Positions 17,992 through 26,361 of a stretch of 64,000 nucleotides of DNA are shown in pieces. The notes under the pieces were generated by a model, which searched no databases, was not told the DNA's origin, and saw only the letters and a list, made by a program, of their open reading frames with translations. The translations under genes and the position numbers were made by a program. The stretch is from Thainema sp. (GTDB taxonomy: Bacteria > Cyanobacteriota > Cyanobacteriia > Phormidesmidales > Phormidesmidaceae), in NCBI GenBank assembly GCA_052168235.1, contig JBQLZK010000004.1, forward strand, positions 64,001 to 128,000. Direction: 5' to 3'. Each line of letters opens with the position of its first letter. The stretch's first letter is position 1.

Positions 17992-20274
17992 CTAGAGTTT
18001 GCGATTAAATTTAGCTTGGAGGTCTTGCAGGCTCGTCTGTGACTGCTGCTTAGACTGCTTTCCGCCCGACTTCTTCTTCCCCGATGGTCGAGGGGTAGAC
18101 GACTGTCCCGCATCCTGCGATCGCATTGACAGGCTAATCCGGCTCAGCTTTTCGTTGACTTCCAGTACGCGCACTTTCACCACCTGACCCACTTTGACGA
18201 TGTCATTGGGATCTTTAACAAAGCGGTCAGCGAGTTGGGAAATATGCACCAGGCCATCTTGGTGAACGCCGATGTCCACGAATGCGCCAAAGTTAGCCAC
18301 GTTGGTCACGACGCCTTCCAGCTCAATGCCCGGCTTTAGGTCAGACATTTCGGTGATACTGGCGTCAAACGTGGCGTAGGTAAACTGCTCACGCGGATCG
18401 CGTCCGGGCTTTTCCAGTTCCGCCAGGATATCGCGCAGGGTTGGTTCACCTACGGTGTCGGTGACGTATTGCTTCAGGTTGATTTTTTGGAGGCGCTCGC
18501 GGTGTTTGGAGATGTCTGTCAGTGGCAGTGCCAGATCCGTTGCGATCGCTTGCACCACGTCGTAGCTTTCGGGGTGCACAGCGGTATTGTCCAAGGGATT
18601 TTCGCCATCGCGAATCCGCAGGAATCCGGCAGACTGTTCAAACGCTTTTGGCCCCAGCTTAGTCACTTTCAGTAACTGCTTACGATTTTTAAACGCGCCG
18701 TTTTCATTGCGGTAGGCGACGATGTTGTTGGCAACGGTAGACGATAGGCCGGATACCGACGTGAGCAATTCTTTCGATGCAGTGTTGAGGTCAACGCCCA
18801 CATAGTTGACGCAGCTTTCGACCGTTTCCTCTAGCTTTTTCTTCAGCAGCTTTTGGTCAACGTCGTGCTGATACTGGCCGACACCGATGGATTTGGGGTC
18901 AATCTTGACCAGTTCCGCCAGTGGATCTTGCAAGCGGCGGGCAATGCTGATGGCACCCCGCACGGTGATGTCCAAGTCAGGGAATTCTGCGATCGCAACT
19001 TTACTGGCCGAGTAAACCGACGCGCCGGATTCGTTCACCATCACCTTAATCGGCGGCTTGTCCAGCGTTTTCAGTACGTCTGCTACGAAGGCATCGGTTT
19101 CGCGGCCAGCCGTACCGTTACCAATGGCGATCAGGCCGATCTTGTGATTCTGAATAAACTGCTTCAGCGTTTTCGCCGCCTGCTCTTTCTGCGCGTTGGA
19201 ACCATGCGGGAAAATGGCCTGATATTCCAAAAATTTGCCCGTTTCGTCCACTGCCGCCACTTTACAGCCCGTGCGGAAACCGGGGTCAATGCCCAGCGTC
19301 GGCTTCATGCCTGCCGGAGGAGCAAGCAGCAGATTGCGCAAATTGGCCTCGAAGGTTTCAATTGACTCGTCGTCGGCCCAGGCTTTCTTCTCGGCAGTCA
19401 CTTCGCTGGTGAGGGAGTTCTTCATCAAGCGATTTAGGGCATCCTGCACCATTGCTCGGTAGAAACTACGCAGCGTTTTGTCCCTGGTGCGAATCGTTTC
19501 CGACTCCAGGTAATCCAGCACCTCGGCTTCATCAAACGCCAGATCGAGCTTCAGAACGCCTTCCTTCTCGCCCCGCAGCAGCGCCAGTACGTTATGGGGC
19601 GCAATCGTTTTCACGGGGTTCTGGAACTGACGGTACATTTCGTACTTGGTCGTGCCCTCGGGATAGTCGGCCTTGATGCGCGACTCGAACTGACCTTGAT
19701 TCAGCAAATAGTGGCGCACGTAGGCTCGCAAATCGGCTCGTTCGGCCACCGCTTCCGCCAAAATATCCGATGCGCCCTGCAACGCTGCAGCGGCATCCGG
19801 CACATCCTGTTCGGGATCGACATATTTCGCCGCTTCGGCTTCCAAGTTGATCTGGGAAACCTGAGGCTGATTCTGCGCTTCGATCCAATCCGCCAGCGGT
19901 TCCAAGCCCCGCTCTTTCGCGATCGTGGCGCGGGTGCGGCGCTTCGGCTTATAGGGTAAGTACAGATCTTCTAGCTCGGTTTTCTGCTGGCAGGCTTCAA
20001 TCTGGGCCTTCAGCTCATCGGTCAGCTTGCCCTGCTCGGCAATGGATTTGAGAATCGTCTGCCGCCGATCTTCCAGTTCCGTCAGATACGCATAGCGATC
20101 GGCCAAGTCTCGCAGTTGCGTCTCGTCCATTTCCCCCGTGCGCTCTTTCCGGTAACGGGCGATGAAGGGAACGGTTGCCCCTTCGGCAAATAGCGCTAGG
20201 GCGTTTTCTACCTGATGGGGACGCAGGGACAGTTCAGTTGCAAGCTGTTGGACAAATTGCACAGATTGGGACAT
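17992..20274 (-). CDS. tex: Tex family RNA-binding transcription accessory protein
   Basis: TVPFIARYRKE, GIDPGFRTGCK, DPKSIGVGQYQHD, C-terminal S1 domain. Confidence 0.95.
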   Translation of the reverse strand: MSQSVQFVQQLATELSLRPHQVENALALFAEGATVPFIARYRKERTGEMDETQLRDLADRYAYLTELEDRRQTILKSIAEQGKLTDELKAQIEACQQKTELEDLYLPYKPKRRTRATIAKERGLEPLADWIEAQNQPQVSQINLEAEAAKYVDPEQDVPDAAAALQGASDILAEAVAERADLRAYVRHYLLNQGQFESRIKADYPEGTTKYEMYRQFQNPVKTIAPHNVLALLRGEKEGVLKLDLAFDEAEVLDYLESETIRTRDKTLRSFYRAMVQDALNRLMKNSLTSEVTAEKKAWADDESIETFEANLRNLLLAPPAGMKPTLGIDPGFRTGCKVAAVDETGKFLEYQAIFPHGSNAQKEQAAKTLKQFIQNHKIGLIAIGNGTAGRETDAFVADVLKTLDKPPIKVMVNESGASVYSASKVAIAEFPDLDITVRGAISIARRLQDPLAELVKIDPKSIGVGQYQHDVDQKLLKKKLEETVESCVNYVGVDLNTASKELLTSVSGLSSTVANNIVAYRNENGAFKNRKQLLKVTKLGPKAFEQSAGFLRIRDGENPLDNTAVHPESYDVVQAIATDLALPLTDISKHRERLQKINLKQYVTDTVGEPTLRDILAELEKPGRDPREQFTYATFDASITEMSDLKPGIELEGVVTNVANFGAFVDIGVHQDGLVHISQLADRFVKDPNDIVKVGQVVKVRVLEVNEKLSRISLSMRSQDAGQSSTPRPSGKKKSGGKQSKQQSQTSLQDLQAKFNRKL

Positions 20275-20375
20275 AGCCAAATCACGTTAAACCAAATCGA
20301 GTTGCCTGGATCATTTTAGACGCTGACAGGAGTTTGCTAGGATAATTCAGCTCCAGCATTTTATTAGGTAGTGTT

Positions 20376-20858
20376 TTGAAACCCAAAACAGTAGAAGCGC
20401 GATCGCACTTACCGATTATTGGCTGGCGAGAATGGTTGGCGCTGCCGGATCTTGGAATTGCTGCAATCAAGGTCAAAATTGACACAGGTGCTCGTTCTTC
20501 TGCGCTACATGCGTTTGATATTCATTCGTTTGAGCAAGATGGGCAAACTATATTGCGGTTCAAAATCCATCCCTTCCAGCGCAACACGCAGCAAACCATC
20601 GTAGCTGAAGCGCCTCTGCTGGATCAGCGCGAGGTGCGGAACTCCGGGGGACATGCCGAACTGCGACCCGTAATCTCAACCACCGTACAGACTCGCAATC
20701 AGCAGTGGCCCATTGAACTCACCTTGACGAATCGCGATGTCATGGGCTTCCGTATGCTGCTGGGTCGGCAAGCCGTGCGCGATCGCTTTTTAGTGGATGC
20801 GGGAGCGTCCTATCTCCAGGGCCATGCACCAAAGGTGGAGCAGAGGAGCCTGGAGTAA
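20376..20858 (+). CDS. RimK-associated putative aspartic / ATP-dependent Zn protease family
   Basis: IGWREW..LP, KIDTGARSSALHA, MGFRMLLGR. Confidence 0.85.
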   Translation: MKPKTVEARSHLPIIGWREWLALPDLGIAAIKVKIDTGARSSALHAFDIHSFEQDGQTILRFKIHPFQRNTQQTIVAEAPLLDQREVRNSGGHAELRPVISTTVQTRNQQWPIELTLTNRDVMGFRMLLGRQAVRDRFLVDAGASYLQGHAPKVEQRSLE

Positions 20859-20920
20859 GGGATAGGTGTGTGAAGGGCTGGGTGGCTGTAAAGAGCTGTA
20901 AAGGCTGCAAAGGGCGATAC

Positions 20921-20952
20921 TGTAGGGTGTGTTGAGCACAGCGAAACGCACC
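20921..20952 (+). repeat. GTAG-type REP-like palindrome
   Basis: TGTAGGGTGTGTTGAGCACAGCGAAACGCACC. Confidence 0.65.
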
Positions 20953-21050
20953 GCACTCAACGCTTAATGATCTGAACAGAAACGTTTCCTTCAGCGGATT
21001 TGCTGTTAGCTGACAGATATATCTAAAAATTTACTTATTCAATTTCACAG

Positions 21051-21956
21051 ATGAAAATTGCGATTTTATCTCAGGATGCCCAGCTCTACTCAACTCGGCG
21101 GCTCAAGGAAGCTGGCGAGGAACGGGGTCATGATGTGCAGGTGATTGATTATTTGCGCTGCTATATGAACATCACCTCTCATAAGCCGCTGGTGATCTAT
21201 CAGGGGAAGCCGCTGGAGGGCATTGATGCCGTAATTCCTCGGATTGGGGCGTCTAAGACGTTCTATGGCACCGCAGTAGTGCGGCAGTTTGAGGTGATGG
21301 GTGTTTTTACCACGAATGAGTCCCAGGCCATTTCGCGATCGCGGGATAAGTTGCGCTGTTTACAAATTTTGGCGCGTAAAGGGATTGGTCTGCCTGTGAC
21401 GGGTTTTGCCCATTCCACCAAAGATATTGATGGCCTGATCGACATCGTGGGCGGTGCGCCGATGGTGATTAAGCTACTGGAAGGGACGCAGGGGATTGGC
21501 GTGGTGCTGGCGGAAACGACTCAGGCGGCAACGTCGGTGATTGAGGCATTCCGTGGGATGGATGCCAATATTTTGGTGCAGGAATACATTAAGGAAGCGG
21601 GTGGTATGGATATCCGCTGCTTCGTGATTGGCGATAAAGTAATTGCCTCCATGAAGCGGCAGGGCGCACCAGGCGAGTTCCGCTCCAATCTGCACCGGGG
21701 CGGATCGGCCTCTAAGATTAAGCTGACGCCGGAGGAGCGCAGCACGGCTGTTCGAGCCGCTAAAGCAATGGGGTTGCGCATTGCTGGGGTCGATATTCTG
21801 CGTTCCAATCATGGCCCGGTGGTCATGGAGGTGAATTCCTCACCAGGTCTGGAGGGGATTGAAAAAGCAACGGGTATAGACGTGGCTGGTAAGATTATCG
21901 AATTTCTAGAGAAGAATGCGGCCAGTGGGACAAATAAGGATCGCGTTCCTTACTAA
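21051..21956 (+). CDS. rimK: Alpha-L-glutamate ligase RimK
   Basis: [39 protein letters not shown]. Confidence 0.95.
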   Translation: MKIAILSQDAQLYSTRRLKEAGEERGHDVQVIDYLRCYMNITSHKPLVIYQGKPLEGIDAVIPRIGASKTFYGTAVVRQFEVMGVFTTNESQAISRSRDKLRCLQILARKGIGLPVTGFAHSTKDIDGLIDIVGGAPMVIKLLEGTQGIGVVLAETTQAATSVIEAFRGMDANILVQEYIKEAGGMDIRCFVIGDKVIASMKRQGAPGEFRSNLHRGGSASKIKLTPEERSTAVRAAKAMGLRIAGVDILRSNHGPVVMEVNSSPGLEGIEKATGIDVAGKIIEFLEKNAASGTNKDRVPY

Positions 21957-22023
21957 ATTGTCCTCGACAGTTAATGATTGTTTTGATTATCTGTGAAGAG
22001 CTTGCTATGCGAGCCTTTCACAG

Positions 22024-23040
22024 ATGATCGTTCCGGAAATAATGTCTGATATTGCTCCAACTCACTTAGAACCGATTCTGACCATCAGCGGCACAACCGT
22101 TTTGCCCGGAAAAAAGCAGCGGTTGGAAATTCCGATTGCTCGCCTGCCGACCCAAACCATGCTGTCTCTACCCGTGACGGTGGTTACAGGGCTACGACCT
22201 GGCCCACGACTGTGGCTGAGTGCCGCCATTCACGGTGACGAACTGAACGGAGTAGATATTATCCGGCGGGTGCTGGGCAAAATCGCTCCTGGCTACCTAA
22301 ACGGCACAGTTATTGCCGCGCCCATCGTCAACGTATTTGGCTTTATCGAACAGTCACGCTATTTGCCTGACCGCCGCGATTTAAACCGTTCCTTTCCCGG
22401 CTCGCCACGAGGATCACTCGCGGCCCGACTGGCCCATCTGTTTATGAAAGAAGTGGTCAACCAGTGTACCCACGGCATTGACCTACATACGGCAGCTTAT
22501 CACCGCACCAATTTGCCGCAAATTCGGGCCGATCTGCGCGATGAGCAGACCCGAAAATGCGCGATCGCATTTGGCGCTCCTTTGATGATGCAGTCTGCCG
22601 TACGCGACGGGTCGCTGCGTCAAGCTGCTGCCCAGAAAAGGATTCCAGTATTACTCTACGAAGCGGGAGAAGCACTGCGATTCGACGACGATGCGATCGC
22701 AGTTGGCGTCACAGGCATTATGCGCGTGATGAAAGCGCTGAACATGTACGACTCTGAGGTAGAACTGAGCACTAATCCCCCCGTAGCAGTGGACAAAAGC
22801 CAGTGGGTACGCGCTTCCCACAGCGGCATTCTGCACCTGACGGTGAATCTGGGCGACTGGGTGGGCAAACGACAGCAAATTGCGCTGATCAGCGATGCCT
22901 TTGGCGACAAAACCTTTGAGGTACTGGCCCCCACCGATGGTATTGTGATCGGCTGCACCCGCAACCCACTGGTGAACCAGGGTGACGGCATCGTCAATCT
23001 TGCGATCGCGCATCGCAGCGACCTCAATGCCAATCTGTAG
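22024..23040 (+). CDS. Succinylglutamate desuccinylase/aspartoacylase family (M14-like)
   Basis: AAIHGDELNG, DLNRSFPG, IDLHT, LYEAGE. Confidence 0.9.
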   Translation: MIVPEIMSDIAPTHLEPILTISGTTVLPGKKQRLEIPIARLPTQTMLSLPVTVVTGLRPGPRLWLSAAIHGDELNGVDIIRRVLGKIAPGYLNGTVIAAPIVNVFGFIEQSRYLPDRRDLNRSFPGSPRGSLAARLAHLFMKEVVNQCTHGIDLHTAAYHRTNLPQIRADLRDEQTRKCAIAFGAPLMMQSAVRDGSLRQAAAQKRIPVLLYEAGEALRFDDDAIAVGVTGIMRVMKALNMYDSEVELSTNPPVAVDKSQWVRASHSGILHLTVNLGDWVGKRQQIALISDAFGDKTFEVLAPTDGIVIGCTRNPLVNQGDGIVNLAIAHRSDLNANL

Positions 23041-23170
23041 GGGCGATGCATTTGGGCAAATGTTGGTATCACGAGCGTAATATGTCGGCCAAATGCATCG
23101 CCCCTAAGGAGTACCGAACATGAATGGTTGCGTTGAAATTGCAGCATATCGGCCAAATGCATGCCCTCCA
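23037..23170. repeat. GTAG-type REP doublet plus an extra half copy
   Basis: 18-bp perfect IR TAGGGGCGATGCATTTGG/CCAAATGCATCGCCCCTA; CGGCCAAATGCAT repeated near 23150. Confidence 0.8.
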
Positions 23171-23238
23171 CGCATGATTTAATTTGGAACGGAATAAACA
23201 CGTTAAAGTAGAACTACAGCCATCTCTATAAATGGCTA

Positions 23239-23592
23239 ATGCCGTACACATCAAAAATGGTGGTTGCTGCAATGAACCAAATTTTGCCGCGCTTTGTGCG
23301 TTCTCTCTACCGTCGGGAGCCAGTTACCAGCATTCTGATTACGATGGGTGCCACCGATGCCGCCATCGGCGGGTTGAATAATCGCGTCATGCTGATGTCC
23401 TTTGGCTTAGCTTTAGTCGGCGTGACTGTACTGCTGCGGTTCCTCCAGTCCCAGCGTCAGAAGTCCCAGCCCCAGCTACCGATTCAGCCGAAAGCGAAAC
23501 CCCAGCTTTTCTTACCGGATCGACAGGCCCCCCAGCCGATTCATTTAGAAGTCAAGACCGATGTGCGATCGCAACCCCGCCGCCGTCCCTAG
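23239..23592 (+). CDS. Hypothetical membrane protein
   Basis: YRREPVTSILITMGATDAAIGG, two hydrophobic segments; start may be 23272. Confidence 0.7.
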   Translation: MPYTSKMVVAAMNQILPRFVRSLYRREPVTSILITMGATDAAIGGLNNRVMLMSFGLALVGVTVLLRFLQSQRQKSQPQLPIQPKAKPQLFLPDRQAPQPIHLEVKTDVRSQPRRRP

Positions 23593-23602
23593 TTGGCATT
23601 TA

Positions 23603-23632
23603 TGTGGGGGCGAATGGCCATTTGCCCCTACA
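23603..23632. repeat. GTAG-type REP palindrome
   Basis: TGTGGGGGCGAATGGCCATTTGCCCCTACA. Confidence 0.7.
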
Positions 23633-23686
23633 ACGCAACGCAATGTCAGCCTAAAGATGGCAGGATAGGGAAGCGCAGATTTCAGT

Positions 23687-24415
23687 TTGCTTATGCTCGG
23701 TCTTGCTTTACATACCGCTAGCCCGGAATTGGGACTAGCCGTGGGTGATGGAACTACAGAGGTGCGATCGCAGGTTTGGCCGCTGGCGCGAGAATTGTCG
23801 AGCCAGTTGCACTCCTATTTAGTTGAGTTTCTGCAACCCCACTCGTTTCAGGATGTGGGTTTTGTGGCAGTAGCCAGAGGCCCTGGCGGATTTACCGGAA
23901 CGCGGATTGGCGTGGTTACGGCTCGTACACTGGCGCAACAGCTTGACGTGCCACTCTATGGTGTTTCGACGCTGGCGGCTGTGGCTTGGCAAATTTTCAA
24001 CCAGATGGAGATGGATGCTAAACCGTCACCGCCGGATATTGCGATTCAAATGCCTGCTCAGCGGGGTGAGTGGTTTACGGCGATTTATCGGATTCAGTCC
24101 GGCGAGAGGACTCGTGTTGGTGATCAGTCTGAGGAGTTGGGAGGGGGAGCCGGGGAGCAAGGGGGGCAAATTGTAGTTGCCCAATCGCCTGATGCGGTGA
24201 TGAAGCTGACGGATTGGCAGCAGTTGCTTGAACAGTGGCCTCATCCTTATTATTTGCATCAAATTCCAGCCGCTGCGGGGTTGGGTGATACGGTGACGGG
24301 CATATTTGCGATCGCGCAGCATCAGTATCGGGCTGGGATTCGGCCCCACTGGTCTGAAGTGACGCCATTTTATGGTCAGCATCCCGTCCAGTCGCCAACG
24401 TCAGAAAATGCTTAA
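23687..24415 (+). CDS. tsaB: t6A biosynthesis protein TsaB
   Basis: LALHTAS, VARGPGGFTGTRIG, PFYGQHPV. Confidence 0.9.
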   Translation: MLMLGLALHTASPELGLAVGDGTTEVRSQVWPLARELSSQLHSYLVEFLQPHSFQDVGFVAVARGPGGFTGTRIGVVTARTLAQQLDVPLYGVSTLAAVAWQIFNQMEMDAKPSPPDIAIQMPAQRGEWFTAIYRIQSGERTRVGDQSEELGGGAGEQGGQIVVAQSPDAVMKLTDWQQLLEQWPHPYYLHQIPAAAGLGDTVTGIFAIAQHQYRAGIRPHWSEVTPFYGQHPVQSPTSENA

Positions 24416-24611
24416 AAATCGGCAAAACTTGTCACTTTTCACAGATAGACTTTAGTTTGAATAGCAGATAGTCAATAGCGCTGTTTTCAAGGCAACTAAG
24501 TCAGTTTTTCCAGGATATTGAACCGCTTTTTCCAGGAGTCAATGTTACTGTTAATGAGGTAGGCAGACAGCCTATTAACCTACAGTTACAGAATATTCGT
24601 CATAGCGGTCT

Positions 24612-25496
24612 ATGTTTCAGTGTGCTCTCATCTGCACGGACTTTACGGATGGTTTACACCGTTTAGTCAACGTTGTCCCCAGTCTGTCTGAGGCTGGGCT
24701 GAAAAAAGTGATCTTTTTCCACAATGCTTCGTTTATTAAAGATCGCGAAATACCCAGTGTGGATGAAGAAGCGGCAGAAATTGCGCGTCAACGCTTAATG
24801 GTGGCAGTTGAAAAAGCTCCCGCTGGACTAGAGGTGCAGGTGATTGTCAGAGCTGGGCGACCGATTGATAACATCCTGCAATTGGCCAATGAGCACGCTG
24901 CCGACATTATCCTGCTGGGGATGCCAAGCCGGAGCTTGCTGAACGAAAAGCTATTCGGCAGTACGACAATGGGGTTGGCTCAGCGTACCAGTATTCCGCT
25001 AATGACGCTGCGTCCACAACTGGTTTCAACCTATACGACCGAGGAGCTAGAGCTGCGCTGTCGGCACCTATTTCGCTTCTTTTTGGTGCCCTATGACGAC
25101 AGCAAAGCGGCTCAGTATTTAGTGAAACGCCTGCAAGATCAGTTTGCTACTCACCCCAATCCAGTTTTGCAAGAATGCTTGCTGTACTGGGTGGTTGAAG
25201 AAGGGGGACGGCGCGAACTGCGGGGTGAAACTCGCATGCAGGACGCGAGAAACCACTTGCGCAACGTGCAGCAACAGTTTGCCAATGCTGTAAATATCAA
25301 GGTGAATGCAGAAGTGGTGCTGGGCGACCGGGTTGCGAAAACCTTGGAAGCGGCCAATGAGTATGACATCAGTGCGATCGCAACTTCGTCTGACAGTCTC
25401 GGTAAGCTCCTAGAGTGGTCGGTGCCCAGCTTTACGGGCGAAATTCTACGCAAGAGCTGGCACCCAGTGATTTATTTCCCGCCCGGTCGCGATTAG
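24612..25496 (+). CDS. Universal stress protein (tandem USP domains)
   Basis: LICTDFTD, LFGSTT, FLVPYDDS. Confidence 0.85.
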   Translation: MFQCALICTDFTDGLHRLVNVVPSLSEAGLKKVIFFHNASFIKDREIPSVDEEAAEIARQRLMVAVEKAPAGLEVQVIVRAGRPIDNILQLANEHAADIILLGMPSRSLLNEKLFGSTTMGLAQRTSIPLMTLRPQLVSTYTTEELELRCRHLFRFFLVPYDDSKAAQYLVKRLQDQFATHPNPVLQECLLYWVVEEGGRRELRGETRMQDARNHLRNVQQQFANAVNIKVNAEVVLGDRVAKTLEAANEYDISAIATSSDSLGKLLEWSVPSFTGEILRKSWHPVIYFPPGRD

Positions 25497-25512
25497 ACGT
25501 ATTTGACCGTTG

Positions 25513-25733
25513 CGTCTAACAAACCTCAAAGAGGAAATTTTGCCGCCACAAGTACTTGTTTAGCGCAATACTCTGATAGATCCCCCTAAATCCCCCTTAA
25601 AAAGGGGAACTTTGAGCTAGTGGTGGTATAGCCCCTTTTTCAAGGGGGCGGCGACAGCTGGGGATCGTACAACTACGCTAAACACATACCGCCGCAATGC
25701 GGCGGCAAAATCCCCTCTTTGGGTTTTCGGACG
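25513..25733. mobile_element. Nested repeat complex: hairpin element interrupted by a MITE-like insert containing a third repeat
   Basis: Insert TIR GTACTTGTTTAGCG/CGCTAAACACATAC (12/14) flanked by CGCCACAA/CGCCGCAA; internal GATCCCCCTAAATCCCCCTTAAAAAGGGG...CCCCTTTTTCAAGGGGG...GGGGATC. Confidence 0.75.
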
Positions 25734-25805
25734 AGTTTGAAGTTTGTCTATACCAGCCTGCTGAGGTTGCAAAGCTTTCTTGAAGAATCCGTGATTTTCC
25801 GGACG

Positions 25806-25835
25806 CTTAAATGTTCCTTTACCTGAAATTCATAA
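25806..25835 (+). promoter_or_regulatory. Possible SphR (Pho) box
   Basis: CTTAAATG-ttc-CTTTACCT-gaa-ATTCATAA, 11-bp period, imperfect match to PyTTAAPyPy(T/A); upstream of a phosphatase gene. Confidence 0.35.
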
Positions 25836-25934
25836 CTTCTTGATGTCAACCCCCTAAAGTCGTCAGGGAGTTAGTTGAAGTTGAAGCTGAGTGTTTGTCC
25901 GCCTTGCGGGCGCAGGCTCTGTACAGTCTGCATG

Positions 25935-26041
25935 TAATATCAAGTCCGCGTATAAGAACCCAATTTATTTTTTGTGAAATGCTTGCTAAGCAAGCATTTC
26001 ACAAAAAATAAACCGTGGGTTTTCAACCGGATTTTGTATAA
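25935..26041 (+). repeat. Family A hairpin element
   Basis: 23-bp perfect arms 25964-25986/25990-26012, loop TAA; TAA direct repeat at both ends. Confidence 0.88.
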
Positions 26042-26137
26042 AGGGAACGTCCTGCGAGTGCGATCGCATTCCGGAAATGTACGGATTTTGTCGCTCAGTG
26101 ATATGAATGCTTCTGGGGTGCTGCTTGTGTGTATCGC

Positions 26138-26244
26138 TAATACGAAGTCCGCTCATAAAAACCAGTTTTTATTTTCATGAAAGTTAGGCGTAGCCTAACT
26201 TTCATGAAAATAGTTCGGGTTCTTTATAGTCGGATTCGGCATAA
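26138..26244 (-). repeat. Family A hairpin element
   Basis: 20-bp perfect arms 26170-26189/26193-26212, loop GTA; C-TAA[element]TAA-G. Confidence 0.85.
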
Positions 26245-26361
26245 GATGCACTGCGACCGATCACGATAACAACAAACAATCATGCCTGCGCTCAGACAGA
26301 GACAGACGCTGCTAACTCCAGATTCATTTGCAGTCGTCCATTTCCATTATTTGAGGTACGC

